A DNA stretch of 64,000 bases. Source: Theionarchaea archaeon. GTDB lineage: Archaea > Methanobacteriota_B > Thermococci > Methanofastidiosales > SZ-28-30. The stretch lies in contig JACVGT010000010.1 in the NCBI GenBank assembly GCA_018992685.1, positions 1-64,000 on the forward strand, given 5' to 3'. The first letter of the stretch is position 1. The number at the start of each line of letters is the position of its first letter. A program made the position numbers and the translations under genes. Shown one piece after another: positions 37,832-50,162 of this stretch. Below the pieces are notes generated by a model. That model was not told where the DNA came from. It saw only the letters and a program-made list of their open reading frames with translations, and made no database searches.

Positions 37832-40381
37832 ATGAAGCTGAAGCACCCCACAGTGATCGCTTTTCTTATCCTGGCCCTGCTCACAGGGCTGGAAACACCC
37901 TTGAGACCTGTCTTCTCCCTGGGGTTATTCAGCTTCTTCCCTGGGCTACTCATCATATCTCTGGTTAAAAAAGAGGTTGATGTACCGGAACTTGCAGGAC
38001 TCCCACTCTTGGTGGGAATTTCCTTCTGGATTGTCTTTTATTATTTAACGTCAGGGCTTCACATCTTCACCTGGTACATTCTGGGAGGCATATCCTTTGT
38101 ATGTGCCGTTCTTGCAGAGAGGCAACCCCTGGTGGTGTCACGTGAGCACTACTGGGGGGTGTTCATCCTAGTTCTCTGCTGTCTCTTTGTTGGTTCGTAC
38201 CTGTACCCCTGGAACCAGTTTTTCCAATGGATGCCTCCCGGAGATGACATGAAGTTTCATATCCCTTTCATTGAGCATCTGGTTTCTCAACATGCGTTGC
38301 CTCAGGACTACGGTCTTTTGTACCCAGAGCTATCCACACTCACCTACTCTCTGGGATACCATATCACTGCAGGGCTGGCAGTCATCGTCGATTATTCGGT
38401 ACGTTCTCTCATGATTGCCACCTTTTTTATTGCTTCTCTTGCCTGTTTTTCCTTCTACTATTTGGGAAAGGCTTTATTTGACTGGAAGACCGGGATTTAT
38501 GCTGCTTTTTCCTTTGCCTTCTTATCCTTATTTTTCCAGCGGTTGTCTTCCACGGGGACCTATCCTAATCTACTTGCTGTCGCACTGCACGTTGTAGGAC
38601 TTTCATTGCTTTGTGAGTTGATGCTCCAGAAACCCAGTATCTCCTGCCGGTTCAGGAGAGGAGATAGTATATTCGGAATCTTCTGTGTAACGTTGGTATG
38701 TGCAGGTGCCGCAGAAACTCACCCTTATATTTTCATCATGGAGGGCATGGTCCTGGGAGGGGCATTGCTCTACTGGGTGTGGCAGAAGAATTTCGGAGCA
38801 GCTCGCCTCATTATCGCTGTTGGTGCTGGAATTCTTTTCCTGTGCATCCCCTTCTTCTTGAGGTTCAACCTAGAGCCACTCTCTGAGCTGGAATTCCTAA
38901 CGTTTGCTGCCTGGTACAGAATTGACTCTTTTGTGTCAGTACAGAACGTGATAAAATTCATCGGCATTATCAGTCCGCTCCTGCTTTTTTTGGGGGTGTC
39001 AGGGTGTATGGTGACTGAGAGAAAATGGATTCTGAGTGTATGGGGTGGGAGCATGATGGTTTTTCCCCTGTTATCGGTTTTCCAGGTACGGTACCCAGGC
39101 TGGTACACCATTTCTCCCAACAGGTTCTTTTTCTTCTTGTTCATGCCGCTCTCCATCATGTCAGGGAGACTTCTTTCCTACATGGAAGAACACATTGGTT
39201 CCAGGAAGGTTATAGGGTTCCTGGTCATTCTGATCCTTGTGTCAGCAGGGATGCACCACGCAAACCTCTTCCATTCGTTCTCGCAGGACCCACTCACGCA
39301 GGTTCAGATGAATGGTGACGACCAATTTGTCATAGATTGGATTTCCACGTATACACCCCAGAATACGGTCATTCTAAACACGGGCCCGGTGGCAGACTGT
39401 TCCTCATGGGTTCCTGTGTTGGCCGAAAGGAGGGTGGTCTTTCCCTTCTTTTCAGGATACAGGGGCGACAACTGCATAGAAAGACTGAAGGCTTACAACA
39501 GCCTGGCTGATCTAATGGTTCTCACGCATACACCTGATTCTGATCTGGCGCTCATGGCTTTGAAGAAGTACGGCATCCAATACATATACGTTCCTGCCTG
39601 GAGGGAAGTAAGATGGCTTGATCTCCACCCGGAGCTCTTACTGGATTCTCCATTGTATCAGTCAGTGGTCAAGAAAGGAGATGCATACGTGTTTGAAGTG
39701 AATTTCAATAGTCGTCACAAAACAGTGTACTATACAGTCACAGAAATAGAACAGATTCATTCGTCTGAGAACATGATCTCTCTCTTTTTCAACCCTATAA
39801 CTTCTTTCGGAGTCCATGGAGGACTGTACTTGCAGGTAGACTATGCAGATACAACGCACCAGCAGATTGACATCTACGTGAATGATACGTATGTGGAAAC
39901 TGTGTACACGTACCTGACAGATGAGGAAAGATCATTATTACTCCCTCTTTCTCACCTGGAAGAAGCAACCATTCTTTTCAAAGGAGACAGTGACTTCGTC
40001 CTGAAAAAAGTGTCCCTCCTGGTAGGAGTAGAGAACTGTCTGCAATTGTCTGAGAACGTAGGGACCCAGGGTGCATGGGTGAGAACAGACCTCGGTGTCA
40101 TTGCTCCATCATCTGAGAGGGGACTGCAACTTCTGGTGGTTAACGTGTCAGGAGGAGTAGTTGTGATGGAATACAAAGATGAAGGCATGGGGGATATTGA
40201 AATTTATGAAATTGATGCCTGGGGGAACCGTCGTCTTCTTCAGACCATCTCTAGAGAGAATACAGGAAAGAATGTGACAGTGCAGCTTCCTCTCCAGGAC
40301 GAATACACGGTTCTCGTTTTGACTGTAGAGGTCTGCGGTGATGACTTTCTCATACGTGAGATCGGGTATACTCCATCATGA
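37832..40381 (+). CDS. Large polytopic membrane protein, probable GT-C glycosyltransferase
   Basis: More than 12 TM segments, PPGDDMKFH loop motif, and a soluble C-terminal region (WI...TP...WVPVL...KYGIQYIYV). Confidence 0.6.
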   Translation: MKLKHPTVIAFLILALLTGLETPLRPVFSLGLFSFFPGLLIISLVKKEVDVPELAGLPLLVGISFWIVFYYLTSGLHIFTWYILGGISFVCAVLAERQPLVVSREHYWGVFILVLCCLFVGSYLYPWNQFFQWMPPGDDMKFHIPFIEHLVSQHALPQDYGLLYPELSTLTYSLGYHITAGLAVIVDYSVRSLMIATFFIASLACFSFYYLGKALFDWKTGIYAAFSFAFLSLFFQRLSSTGTYPNLLAVALHVVGLSLLCELMLQKPSISCRFRRGDSIFGIFCVTLVCAGAAETHPYIFIMEGMVLGGALLYWVWQKNFGAARLIIAVGAGILFLCIPFFLRFNLEPLSELEFLTFAAWYRIDSFVSVQNVIKFIGIISPLLLFLGVSGCMVTERKWILSVWGGSMMVFPLLSVFQVRYPGWYTISPNRFFFFLFMPLSIMSGRLLSYMEEHIGSRKVIGFLVILILVSAGMHHANLFHSFSQDPLTQVQMNGDDQFVIDWISTYTPQNTVILNTGPVADCSSWVPVLAERRVVFPFFSGYRGDNCIERLKAYNSLADLMVLTHTPDSDLALMALKKYGIQYIYVPAWREVRWLDLHPELLLDSPLYQSVVKKGDAYVFEVNFNSRHKTVYYTVTEIEQIHSSENMISLFFNPITSFGVHGGLYLQVDYADTTHQQIDIYVNDTYVETVYTYLTDEERSLLLPLSHLEEATILFKGDSDFVLKKVSLLVGVENCLQLSENVGTQGAWVRTDLGVIAPSSERGLQLLVVNVSGGVVVMEYKDEGMGDIEIYEIDAWGNRRLLQTISRENTGKNVTVQLPLQDEYTVLVLTVEVCGDDFLIREIGYTPS

Positions 40382-40423
40382 TAAATGAACAAGAAAAGGA
40401 AATTTTAAATGTGATCACAATAA

Positions 40424-41113
40424 ATGTCGTACATGATTTTGTTTGATGAATCGCACAGTGAATTCTGTACAATTTCAGAGGTGAAGAAAAAACGGTCTTA
40501 TGCAGTATGGGAAAGAAGTATCAAAAAAGAGGTGACTCCACTCACATCTCGAAAAGAGTTTATGGTTCGCCTTTCTCAGGCTACCGTCATGGTGATAGCT
40601 GAACCGCATTCTTATTTCGCCCTGGATGAAACTCGAGCTCTGATTGATTTTGTGTTTCAAGGGGGATCACTGGTCCTTGTCGGGAATCACCACAATACGC
40701 CGCGATATTATTCATACGGGTGCAATGAGATTCTAAACGTGATTTCCAGTCCATTTGGAATGCGATTCAATGATGATGGAGTGGTTTTCAATGGGGAGAA
40801 TGTGATCCTGAAGTTTAGTGAACACCCCGTATGCAGAGGGGTACGACTGCTTCATTACTGGAGGGGCTGCTCAATCACGTTACTAAGGCAGAGAAGGCGA
40901 TATGCGGCTGAAGGGGTGGCTTCTGGTTCCCGGCATGACGTGTCTGAAGTGTACAGGAAAGAACCCGTAGTGGCTGCCCTGCATGAGAAGAAAGGGAAGG
41001 TATTCTGTCTGGGAGATTCCAGTGTCTGGTCAGATCCGGGCGAAGAGGTTGAAGACGATAATTTTCTCTTTGCCGAAAATGTGATAAAATGGGCTCTAAC
41101 GGACAAAGGGTAG
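40424..41113 (+). CDS. DUF4350/GATase-like fold protein
   Basis: ILFDESHSE, FVFQGGSLVL and KGKVFCLGDSS...DN..F..N...W motifs. Confidence 0.6.
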   Translation: MSYMILFDESHSEFCTISEVKKKRSYAVWERSIKKEVTPLTSRKEFMVRLSQATVMVIAEPHSYFALDETRALIDFVFQGGSLVLVGNHHNTPRYYSYGCNEILNVISSPFGMRFNDDGVVFNGENVILKFSEHPVCRGVRLLHYWRGCSITLLRQRRRYAAEGVASGSRHDVSEVYRKEPVVAALHEKKGKVFCLGDSSVWSDPGEEVEDDNFLFAENVIKWALTDKG

Positions 41114-41233
41114 TTCAAGACCAGAAGTGCTGGCTGAATGAGAGATAAAACCTTACAAGTCACTACTCACATATGGAAATCGAGCCAGAAGACTATCAAA
41201 GAACCAATATGCGTCTTCATGTACGCGGATTGT

Positions 41234-42334
41234 TCACAGGTCAGCTTCAAAAACAGATTCCCCTTTGACAAAAGTCCTCACCACTTTTCCCCTCACCCGC
41301 CATCCATCAAATGGCGAGTGTTTTGCCTTTGATTTGAATTCAGAAGCGTCAATGACCCATTCCTTTCCCGGGTCGATCATGGTGAAATCAGCATCTGCTC
41401 CCACAAAGAACCCCTTTCTATAGCCAAGGAGCGAGTTCACGAGCTTACAAGGAATGTCGCACAATCGTAAGGCAATGTCCTCCAGAGTCAGTAACTCCTT
41501 GTGGCGGGCATGCAGCAACAGCGGCAGCATGGTCTCAATCCCTGCAATCCCGGAAGCGCCCTGCATCTTTTCTTCAAGAGTATGAGGGGCATGGTCTGAC
41601 CCAATAACATCAATACTTCCTAGATTACTCCAGAGAGCTTTTCTATCTTCCTCACGTCCCAGGGGAGGCTTCACTGTACTGAGTACATCGTCACTCCTGG
41701 TCAGGAACAGATGGTGAGGGGTTACCTCCCGGATGACCTGCTGTCCTCTCAAAAACTCGATTTCCGGCTTTGATGCTACATGGCACACATACAGAATTCC
41801 CTTATTCAATCTGCACCATTCCTTTGTGGTTTCCAGGTCGGAATGAACTGCAATCGGCTTTCCTAGAGATAGAAGTTCCCTTGAGTCTCCTCTAAAAAGA
41901 ATATGCCCTGTGGTCTCAGACAGGTACACCTTCACAAACAGTGGGGTTACTTGTGAGATCTCCTCCATTGTGTCCACAACCCCAAAATTCAATGCAAAGT
42001 CACAGACACTTTCGCGTTCAAATAGAGATTTTCTCATCTCAAATGCTTCTTTGGTGATAACGGGAGGATCAGTATTTGGCATGTCCACTACTGTTGTGAC
42101 CCCACCCGCTACTGCAGCCTCCGTGCACGTTTTCACTGTCTCCTTGTACCTTTGATTGAAATCTCTGGCATGAACGTGAAGGTCGACTATTGAAGGGAAC
42201 GTGTATGACCCTGAGAAATCAGTACCTTCGCCCGGGATATCCTTTCCTATGTGAGTGATCAACCCATGATCAACCTGAATATCACAATCGACAGTACCCT
42301 TGGACGTGACGACTCTCAGATTCTTGAACAACAT
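41234..42334 (-). CDS. pyrC: Dihydroorotase
   Basis: DLHVHAR, DMPNT, EVTPHHL and SDHAPH motifs; divergent from pyrBI. Confidence 0.88.
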   Translation of the reverse strand: MLFKNLRVVTSKGTVDCDIQVDHGLITHIGKDIPGEGTDFSGSYTFPSIVDLHVHARDFNQRYKETVKTCTEAAVAGGVTTVVDMPNTDPPVITKEAFEMRKSLFERESVCDFALNFGVVDTMEEISQVTPLFVKVYLSETTGHILFRGDSRELLSLGKPIAVHSDLETTKEWCRLNKGILYVCHVASKPEIEFLRGQQVIREVTPHHLFLTRSDDVLSTVKPPLGREEDRKALWSNLGSIDVIGSDHAPHTLEEKMQGASGIAGIETMLPLLLHARHKELLTLEDIALRLCDIPCKLVNSLLGYRKGFFVGADADFTMIDPGKEWVIDASEFKSKAKHSPFDGWRVRGKVVRTFVKGESVFEADL

Positions 42335-42457
42335 GGCAGGTCGAGTCCGCTTGGTGCTCCTGCCTTAAAAACCATTTCACTGGATACCTAGAAAGTATAG
42401 GTGGATGTCTCAAGGTCAATTCGTGGGACATCTTGTCTAAATGCATCAATTCCTTGA

Positions 42458-43959
<1,502 letters not shown>

Positions 43960-44128
43960 TAATAAGGCCCTGGACAGTGTGTAAAGTCAGGATGTCATTG
44001 TTGCACTCTAAACATTCTATTGTTTTTCCTTTTCTGTAGTCCTGGGCCTTGAATCCTTCTTGGAATTCTCAGGAGTCGATACCCTGTCACACAATGAAGG
44101 ACACATCCAACCTTACAAGACAAAAAGG

Positions 44129-44201
44129 TGCCGCGGGCCGGGCTTGAACCAGCGACTTCCAGATCTTCAGTCTGGCGCTCTCCCAACTGAGCTACCGCGG
44201 C
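44129..44201 (-). tRNA. tRNA-Phe(GAA)
   Basis: GCCGCGG acceptor stem, CCAGA-CT-GAA-GA-TCTGG anticodon arm, GGTTCAAG T-arm; upstream TATA and downstream T-run. Confidence 0.96.
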
Positions 44202-44431
44202 TAGTCTAGTATTCCTCGGTTCATCTTTAAAAAGGTTGTGGTCCCTTTTCCTTGAGAGTGGGAACGATGCAAGGCAGATTCACATCCGATTTCAGAATCC
44301 AGACAAAAGATATCGGTCGATTCAGGAGACCCGAATCATTCTCGATGACCAGTTTCTCAGTCGTATTACAACAGAACCAAGAGAATCCTCGCAATTTTCA
44401 GGTGCCGTGGACCATGATATAGACCAGTTCA

Positions 44432-45001
44432 TCAAGGGAACTGCTTGATCTCGCCCAAAGTTGCGTAGAGCCATTCTCCTAAAGGAAACAAAGGTCTCAC
44501 CATGTTGTACCGCTCTTCACATTGAGCTTCAAGGAACTCTTCGTCTGCAGACATAGAAACTACCTGTCCAAGAATTATGATCTCGTCTTTGTAGGTCTTG
44601 TTCCACTCTTCTCTGCATTCTAGATGCACGAGGCACTCAGCAATACGGGGTGGACCAACTGCGAAAGAAGGTATGGCAGTCAACCCCGCCTTTTCCAGTT
44701 CATTTACACCTTCTGGGTAATCCTTTGCAGTTTCCATAGCTTTCTCAATGATTTCTTCTCCAGGAATATTCACCACAAATTCGTGAGTCTGCAGAATATT
44801 CTGTGCAGTGTGGTGGGCAAGGTTACACGAGAACCCGAGGATAGGTGGTTCTGTTACCATTCGCATGAAATCTGACTTAAGTCCTGCATTGACAGTGCCC
44901 TTGTCATTTACCGTAGTGACAATGATGAGCTGTCCCGTGATAGGCAGGAGCTCTCCCATCTTGTCACGGAAATTTGTGAGGACGACTTCTTTCTTACCCA
45001 T
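44432..45001 (-). CDS. Flavin reductase-like/flavoredoxin family protein
   Basis: HTAQNI...EFVVNIP and P.IAEC..HLEC motifs. Confidence 0.82.
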   Translation of the reverse strand: MGKKEVVLTNFRDKMGELLPITGQLIIVTTVNDKGTVNAGLKSDFMRMVTEPPILGFSCNLAHHTAQNILQTHEFVVNIPGEEIIEKAMETAKDYPEGVNELEKAGLTAIPSFAVGPPRIAECLVHLECREEWNKTYKDEIIILGQVVSMSADEEFLEAQCEERYNMVRPLFPLGEWLYATLGEIKQFP

Positions 45002-45179
45002 GTTCTCACCTCTGGGATAGGGAACTCAAACCATTTAAACTTTTCACATAGTCTAGCATAGTCGAGCAGAATCTAGTATTGCATGCAATTTATGAAGATT
45101 GCATGTTTTAAGAGTCACATTTGACACGAGTAACCTGGAAGCGACATCTTCCGAGGTTTCTCTTCAACAACAATGAAAA

Positions 45180-45626
45180 TTAGAATACTCCCATGGCTGT
45201 TCTAATAGATTCTCTGAGGTTCTCTCTGGTGATTTCGTTGAATTGAAGCGTATCCCCGTTTATCACCACGGAGGGAGTGATGTTGAGGCGAGCTTTCTTG
45301 AATTCATCCCATCCCCCTTCGGTGGTGACATCCACGTATCTGATGAGAATTCTGTCACCGTATTCTCTCTTCAATTCTTCGCACCACGCTTCAACCTGGA
45401 TACAGAAGTCGCAACCGGGAGTAGTGTACACTGTGAGAGTAACCTTGTCCGCATACTGAGGGATTTCAATATGCTGTTCTTTTTGCCTGACAGAGATAAT
45501 ATCAGTGCATCCAGAAGTCAGAAGTATTATGAGAACGATGACTATGCCGCCCACGGTCATCTTTCGGGTATTTGGGTCATGGATTGTCCTTTTCATTGGT
45601 ACACTCTCCACGAAAAGCATTAACAT
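45180..45626 (-). CDS. Secreted or lipid-anchored thioredoxin/glutaredoxin-like protein
   Basis: Hydrophobic segment ending LLTSGC, CDFC active site and cis-Pro TP; start uncertain. Confidence 0.72.
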   Translation of the reverse strand: MLMLFVESVPMKRTIHDPNTRKMTVGGIVIVLIILLTSGCTDIISVRQKEQHIEIPQYADKVTLTVYTTPGCDFCIQVEAWCEELKREYGDRILIRYVDVTTEGGWDEFKKARLNITPSVVINGDTLQFNEITRENLRESIRTAMGVF

Positions 45627-45694
45627 AACTGAGAGCTTTCATGGTTTTAAGGTTTTCGGAAAAACCTAATAAGTGCAGCTGACCATAGAATAGT

Positions 45695-46960
45695 GTGGAA
45701 CAGAAAGAGACGTGGCTTGAAAAAGAAGTTGCAGGATGGGAAACAGAGGGAATTATTACTGAGTACCAAGCACGTGCAATTCTGTCAAAGTATGGTCTGG
45801 CTGAACCTCCTACTTCTGAAAAGACTAGAGACAAATCAAGACTGACCACCGTAGTTTCAGTGCTAGGTGCATTTCTTATAGGAATCGGGGCAATTCTGGC
45901 CGTCGCTTCCAACTGGGAGAAGATTCCTGATTCTCTTAAGCTACTCTTGTCAACTGGTACAACATTTGCCACGTACGTGGTGGGCTGGAGCTTGAAATAT
46001 GATACCAGATTGCATCCAAGAGTGGGAAGTGCTCTCCTCTTTTTGGGTTCCATACTCGTCGGTGCAACGCTCTTCTTGATTGCTCAGATATTCAACGTGA
46101 ACGCGGGTACCCACTGGTTAGTATTCTTGTGGTTTGTAGCTATATCTCCTCTGGGGTATGGGTTCAATCAGAAATCTATTCTGGGGCTAAACATTTTCAC
46201 AGCTGCTCTGTGGATGATCCTTTATGCCTCAAACATGAGACAGTTCTACCAGAGTACATTTGAGACATTTATGCTGTATCTTTTGTTTGGCATGTGCCTC
46301 TATGGTCTTGGACAGGTGCATACAACAATCACATCCTATGCCCATTTTCGCCTCACGTACCAGAATTCTGGGTTATTTTTCATTTTGCTATCCTATTTCT
46401 ACTTCAGTCTGAGAACAGCGTATGAAAGGATCTTTGCAGAAATTGGCCCGAAGAACTGGACACTTCAGCTGTTGTTCATTCTGTTTGGCACGACTGCCTT
46501 GCTTTCAATTGGCTACACTCGATTGAGATACAAGGAATTCAGAACGGTACGACACGAGTTCTATATTCTTTTGCTGGCATTTTCAGGATGGGTTGGTGTT
46601 TGGCTGCTGACGATTTTTCGGGAGAATGTAACGACATCAGTCACATACGGTAATCTTACCTACACTGAACTAAGTTCCACCGTGGCTACGCTGCTGTTTG
46701 TAGTGTTCACTGTGATGTTCTTTGCGTTATCCATTGGTAGTATCTTGATAGGGTACTACAAAGCTGTCACTTCTTTTGTTAATCTTGGAATGTCCTTTTT
46801 TGTGCTGGGAATCCTGCATTTATACTTTACGACATTGTATCGGTTCTTACCCAGGGCACTTGCTTTTATCACTGGTGGATTCATACTTCTGGGGATGGGC
46901 TGGTATCTGGAGAGAAAGAGACGCTCTCTCATACAGGATATGGAGGCTCGCCATGAATAG
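45695..46960 (+). CDS. DUF2157-family membrane protein
   Basis: W...GII...Q, LGA.LIG.G...VASNW and LIAQIFN motifs. Confidence 0.82.
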   Translation: MEQKETWLEKEVAGWETEGIITEYQARAILSKYGLAEPPTSEKTRDKSRLTTVVSVLGAFLIGIGAILAVASNWEKIPDSLKLLLSTGTTFATYVVGWSLKYDTRLHPRVGSALLFLGSILVGATLFLIAQIFNVNAGTHWLVFLWFVAISPLGYGFNQKSILGLNIFTAALWMILYASNMRQFYQSTFETFMLYLLFGMCLYGLGQVHTTITSYAHFRLTYQNSGLFFILLSYFYFSLRTAYERIFAEIGPKNWTLQLLFILFGTTALLSIGYTRLRYKEFRTVRHEFYILLLAFSGWVGVWLLTIFRENVTTSVTYGNLTYTELSSTVATLLFVVFTVMFFALSIGSILIGYYKAVTSFVNLGMSFFVLGILHLYFTTLYRFLPRALAFITGGFILLGMGWYLERKRRSLIQDMEARHE

Positions 46961-47471
46961 GAGGCGATTTATTCTGATGATGTCTGTTCCAGCAGTAGTC
47001 ATATTGGCGTTTATCAGTGTGAACTTGTACATCGTATACACCGGACAGGAAATCCTGCTGAAGGTGGCACCGGTCGATCCGCGAGATTTATTCAGAGGGG
47101 ATTACGTTGCTCCGACATATGAGATTTCAGCAATTGATTTGGGAGATGTATCCTATGACACTGTGTTTTCACCTGGAGAGACTGTCTATGCGATTCTGTC
47201 AAAAAAGGAGAAATTCTGGACTGTTGATTCTACTCATCATGCGAAGCCCTTGCTGAGCAATGATCAGGTATGTATGAAAGGAAGGGTAACACGAACGTAC
47301 GGGAGTCTCGTATTTGTCGAATGGGGAATAGAGAGTTATTTTGTTCCTGAGGGGGAGGGCAGAGGTATTGAGGATATGAGGGACGCTGAAATTTCTGCGA
47401 TAGTTTCAGTAGATTCTACTGGTTCTTCAGTTCTCAAGGAATTACTCATAAATGATGAACCGATATCCTAG
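46953..47471 (+). CDS. GDYXXLXY-domain membrane-anchored protein
   Basis: PVDPRDLFRGDYVAPTY and GIESYFVPEG; the usual partner of DUF2157. Confidence 0.85.
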   Translation: MNRRRFILMMSVPAVVILAFISVNLYIVYTGQEILLKVAPVDPRDLFRGDYVAPTYEISAIDLGDVSYDTVFSPGETVYAILSKKEKFWTVDSTHHAKPLLSNDQVCMKGRVTRTYGSLVFVEWGIESYFVPEGEGRGIEDMRDAEISAIVSVDSTGSSVLKELLINDEPIS

Positions 47472-47527
47472 CCAGTAGGTTCCATTGCAGCCCATGGGAT
47501 GTCAAATCACCATCATGAGGAATCTTT

Positions 47528-48607
47528 TCAGATCTGTTGTACTGCCCTTTTCCCAACCAGGCAGTAAGTGGAGAAAGCATCCACTATGTCCGAGACCATC
47601 ACATATTCATCAGGGCCGTGGGCCACTTCCAGCAGTCCAGGACCATACGCGACTGCAGGAATACCTCTGTGAGCGCAGTGTCGTATATCCAGGAACCCAG
47701 GACACTCAGCAAACTGGACGGAGCCCTTCACCTCCTTGACAGCATCAGCCACCCATGTGCAGATTTCCGCATCTTCCGGTGTTAAGAACCCTTCACTTTC
47801 CAGAAGAGTCTCTGATTCAATGGTGACCCCTTTCTTTCTCATGGTGTCAATGAGTGAACATATACTGTTTCTTATGTCATCCAGAGATTGAGAAGAAGGA
47901 AATCGCCAATCCACACTGAATGAGCATGATTCAGGGACCATGTTAAACTGCGTTCCTCCCCTTACTGAACCTCCCAAGAGTACTGTACCCCTACCCGGGT
48001 CGATTTCACGGAACGTTTCAGCAGTGTCAACCATGGCTTCAAAAGCATTTGATCCCTGCTGGGGGAAGACAGAATGAGCGCTCCTTCCCTTTATTGCTAG
48101 TTCCACAGCCAAGGCTCCCCGACAGGCATTCCATATCGTGTTGGAGGAAACCTCAGGCATGATCACGGCCTTGGGAGATATCAACCCCTTATCTAGAAGA
48201 CATGCGAATCCGTGGAGGCCTCCTGTCTCCTCATCAGGCGTTATGGAGAAGCTAATATTGGGGTGCTGCACCTCAGAGATGGCATATAACATGGCAGCTA
48301 GTCCTCCCTTCATGTCAGACGAGCCTCTCCCATAGAGCTTTCCTTCTCTTACTACAGGAGTGAACTGGGATTTATTTCCTCCAACGACATCGTAGTGTCC
48401 ATGAAAGTGAAGAACCCCTTTCCCATCCCCACCGATTATGGAAGGGAGACCATCACACGTATCCACCGTGGTTTCCAGCCCCAGTTCGTCACATTTTTTC
48501 TTGAGAAATGCTACACACTCCTTATAGCAGTCACCAGGCGGGTTGACAGTGGGTATTCGTATCAGTTGTTCAGTGAATTCAATAATCTCATCCTTAACAG
48601 CATGCAT
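47528..48607 (-). CDS. M20-family metallopeptidase/deacylase (ArgE/DapE-like)
   Basis: GHYDVV, GRGSSDMKGG, DEETGG and AHGPDE motifs. Confidence 0.88.
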   Translation of the reverse strand: MHAVKDEIIEFTEQLIRIPTVNPPGDCYKECVAFLKKKCDELGLETTVDTCDGLPSIIGGDGKGVLHFHGHYDVVGGNKSQFTPVVREGKLYGRGSSDMKGGLAAMLYAISEVQHPNISFSITPDEETGGLHGFACLLDKGLISPKAVIMPEVSSNTIWNACRGALAVELAIKGRSAHSVFPQQGSNAFEAMVDTAETFREIDPGRGTVLLGGSVRGGTQFNMVPESCSFSVDWRFPSSQSLDDIRNSICSLIDTMRKKGVTIESETLLESEGFLTPEDAEICTWVADAVKEVKGSVQFAECPGFLDIRHCAHRGIPAVAYGPGLLEVAHGPDEYVMVSDIVDAFSTYCLVGKRAVQQI

Positions 48608-48647
48608 GGCCAGACTTCACATATACCCTTTTAACTTTTCTCAGAGC

Positions 48648-49475
48648 TCAGAGCGTATTCAGCCAGTTCAGTACTGTTCTGGTTAGAGCAATCCTCTTGT
48701 CCAGAAACAGGTGGTCACTCTCCAGAATGACGCTTGAAAGTTTGTTGGGATGTCCCTTGATAGCTCTCGCTAGTGGAAAATGATGCACAGACACGGGTGC
48801 CACCTCATCTCGGCTCCCCCCTATGAGCAGCATGGGATTTCTTGCCAGTTCTTCACTGTAGGTGAGGAGGTTCCAGGATTCTGCATGAGAAATCATCTCC
48901 TGGATCAAGGCCTTCCCCGATGTTCCCTGCAAAGGGGCCAGATCTTTCTCGAAGGATGCAATGGCCAGTTTCTCTGCCTCCTTGTTCCCTATGATGCTCT
49001 GGGCAAAGAGCCCAATATTGAACCCTGCAATTGACCCTACAGCAGAAATACCGGGATTGTTCACTGCTGTCATCATACTGGCGAATCCCCCCATACTGTA
49101 CCCAACCAACACGATCTTGTCAGGGTTCACCCGGTATGCTTGACTCCATTTTTCTGCTCTTAGGAAGGAGAGAGCTGAGGATACATCCTCCACACAGTTG
49201 GAAAAGGAGAATGAGCCCTTGCTTCCCCAGGATCCCCTGTAATGGAAGACCAGTACATTCCATCCTGCCCTCCGCAGCACGTGTGCCATATCATAGTTGC
49301 ACTCACTTCCAGGAAATCCGTGGAGCAGTACTACCACGGGGTGGGGACCTTCTCCACGTGCAACGTAGAGATTTCCTAGCATATCTGACCCTTTACTTCT
49401 GATGATAACAGGTTCTAGGGCAGCGGGATACACAGGGTCTGGGGCAGGATCATCTGTAACAGGATCGAAATTCAT
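48648..49475 (-). CDS. Alpha/beta hydrolase
   Basis: LLHGFPG, YRGSWGS, GYSMGG and DH motifs. Confidence 0.85.
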   Translation of the reverse strand: MNFDPVTDDPAPDPVYPAALEPVIIRSKGSDMLGNLYVARGEGPHPVVVLLHGFPGSECNYDMAHVLRRAGWNVLVFHYRGSWGSKGSFSFSNCVEDVSSALSFLRAEKWSQAYRVNPDKIVLVGYSMGGFASMMTAVNNPGISAVGSIAGFNIGLFAQSIIGNKEAEKLAIASFEKDLAPLQGTSGKALIQEMISHAESWNLLTYSEELARNPMLLIGGSRDEVAPVSVHHFPLARAIKGHPNKLSSVILESDHLFLDKRIALTRTVLNWLNTL

Positions 49476-49568
49476 AGTTATCCCTTGTTCTTTCAAGAGG
49501 GCCCATATAAAGATTTTCAAGAGATCTGGGAGAGGAATATCTCCTCGACAACACCTGCACGTGATAGT

Positions 49569-50162
49569 CTATGACCTGCAGAAGTAGACCTTCCAACCCT
49601 TAATTGTCATCTCGATTCTCTTCGCCACTCCTCTCATTTCGATGAAATACACAGCACAATTGACCATGAACCCGATTCTCATCACTATCCTGTTGTACAC
49701 TCGTATGGACCCAATGAAGTCCCCGTGGGTTCGTGCTGCTCTCAATTGCGCCAGTTCAGGGGTAACTGTGTTGAGAGCGGTAGGGTGCTTAGCCAGACAC
49801 CCTTCCAGGTCTTTGAATACTTCCAGGAGTACGCTCCATGATCTGATTACCCCTTTGGCTTGGTGCACAAAAAGGAGTCTTGGTCCTCTGTACTCCATTG
49901 TCATATAAGATTCTGCCTTCAGGTCCTTGATTCTGCTCCGTATCTGGCCATCGCTCAATACAGAACACAACCCCATTGATCTCAATTCTGCAGTCACTTC
50001 AGACACCGTCGTTGTCGATCCTCCGAATGTCAGACTGCCAATTGTTATCAAGATCTCTCCATAGTGCCGCGAAGCTATCCGCGGGTGGCGTCCTCTCATG
50101 GTCTTAACAAGCTCACGGAGAACTCCTCTGCATGTTCGGGGCGGTCTCACAATTGCCATCAT
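49569..50162 (-). CDS. Hypothetical basic protein, possibly wHTH-containing
   Basis: SD GGAGGT upstream; TVSEVTAEL...QIRSRIKDL resembles an HTH. Confidence 0.5.
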   Translation of the reverse strand: MMAIVRPPRTCRGVLRELVKTMRGRHPRIASRHYGEILITIGSLTFGGSTTTVSEVTAELRSMGLCSVLSDGQIRSRIKDLKAESYMTMEYRGPRLLFVHQAKGVIRSWSVLLEVFKDLEGCLAKHPTALNTVTPELAQLRAARTHGDFIGSIRVYNRIVMRIGFMVNCAVYFIEMRGVAKRIEMTIKGWKVYFCRS

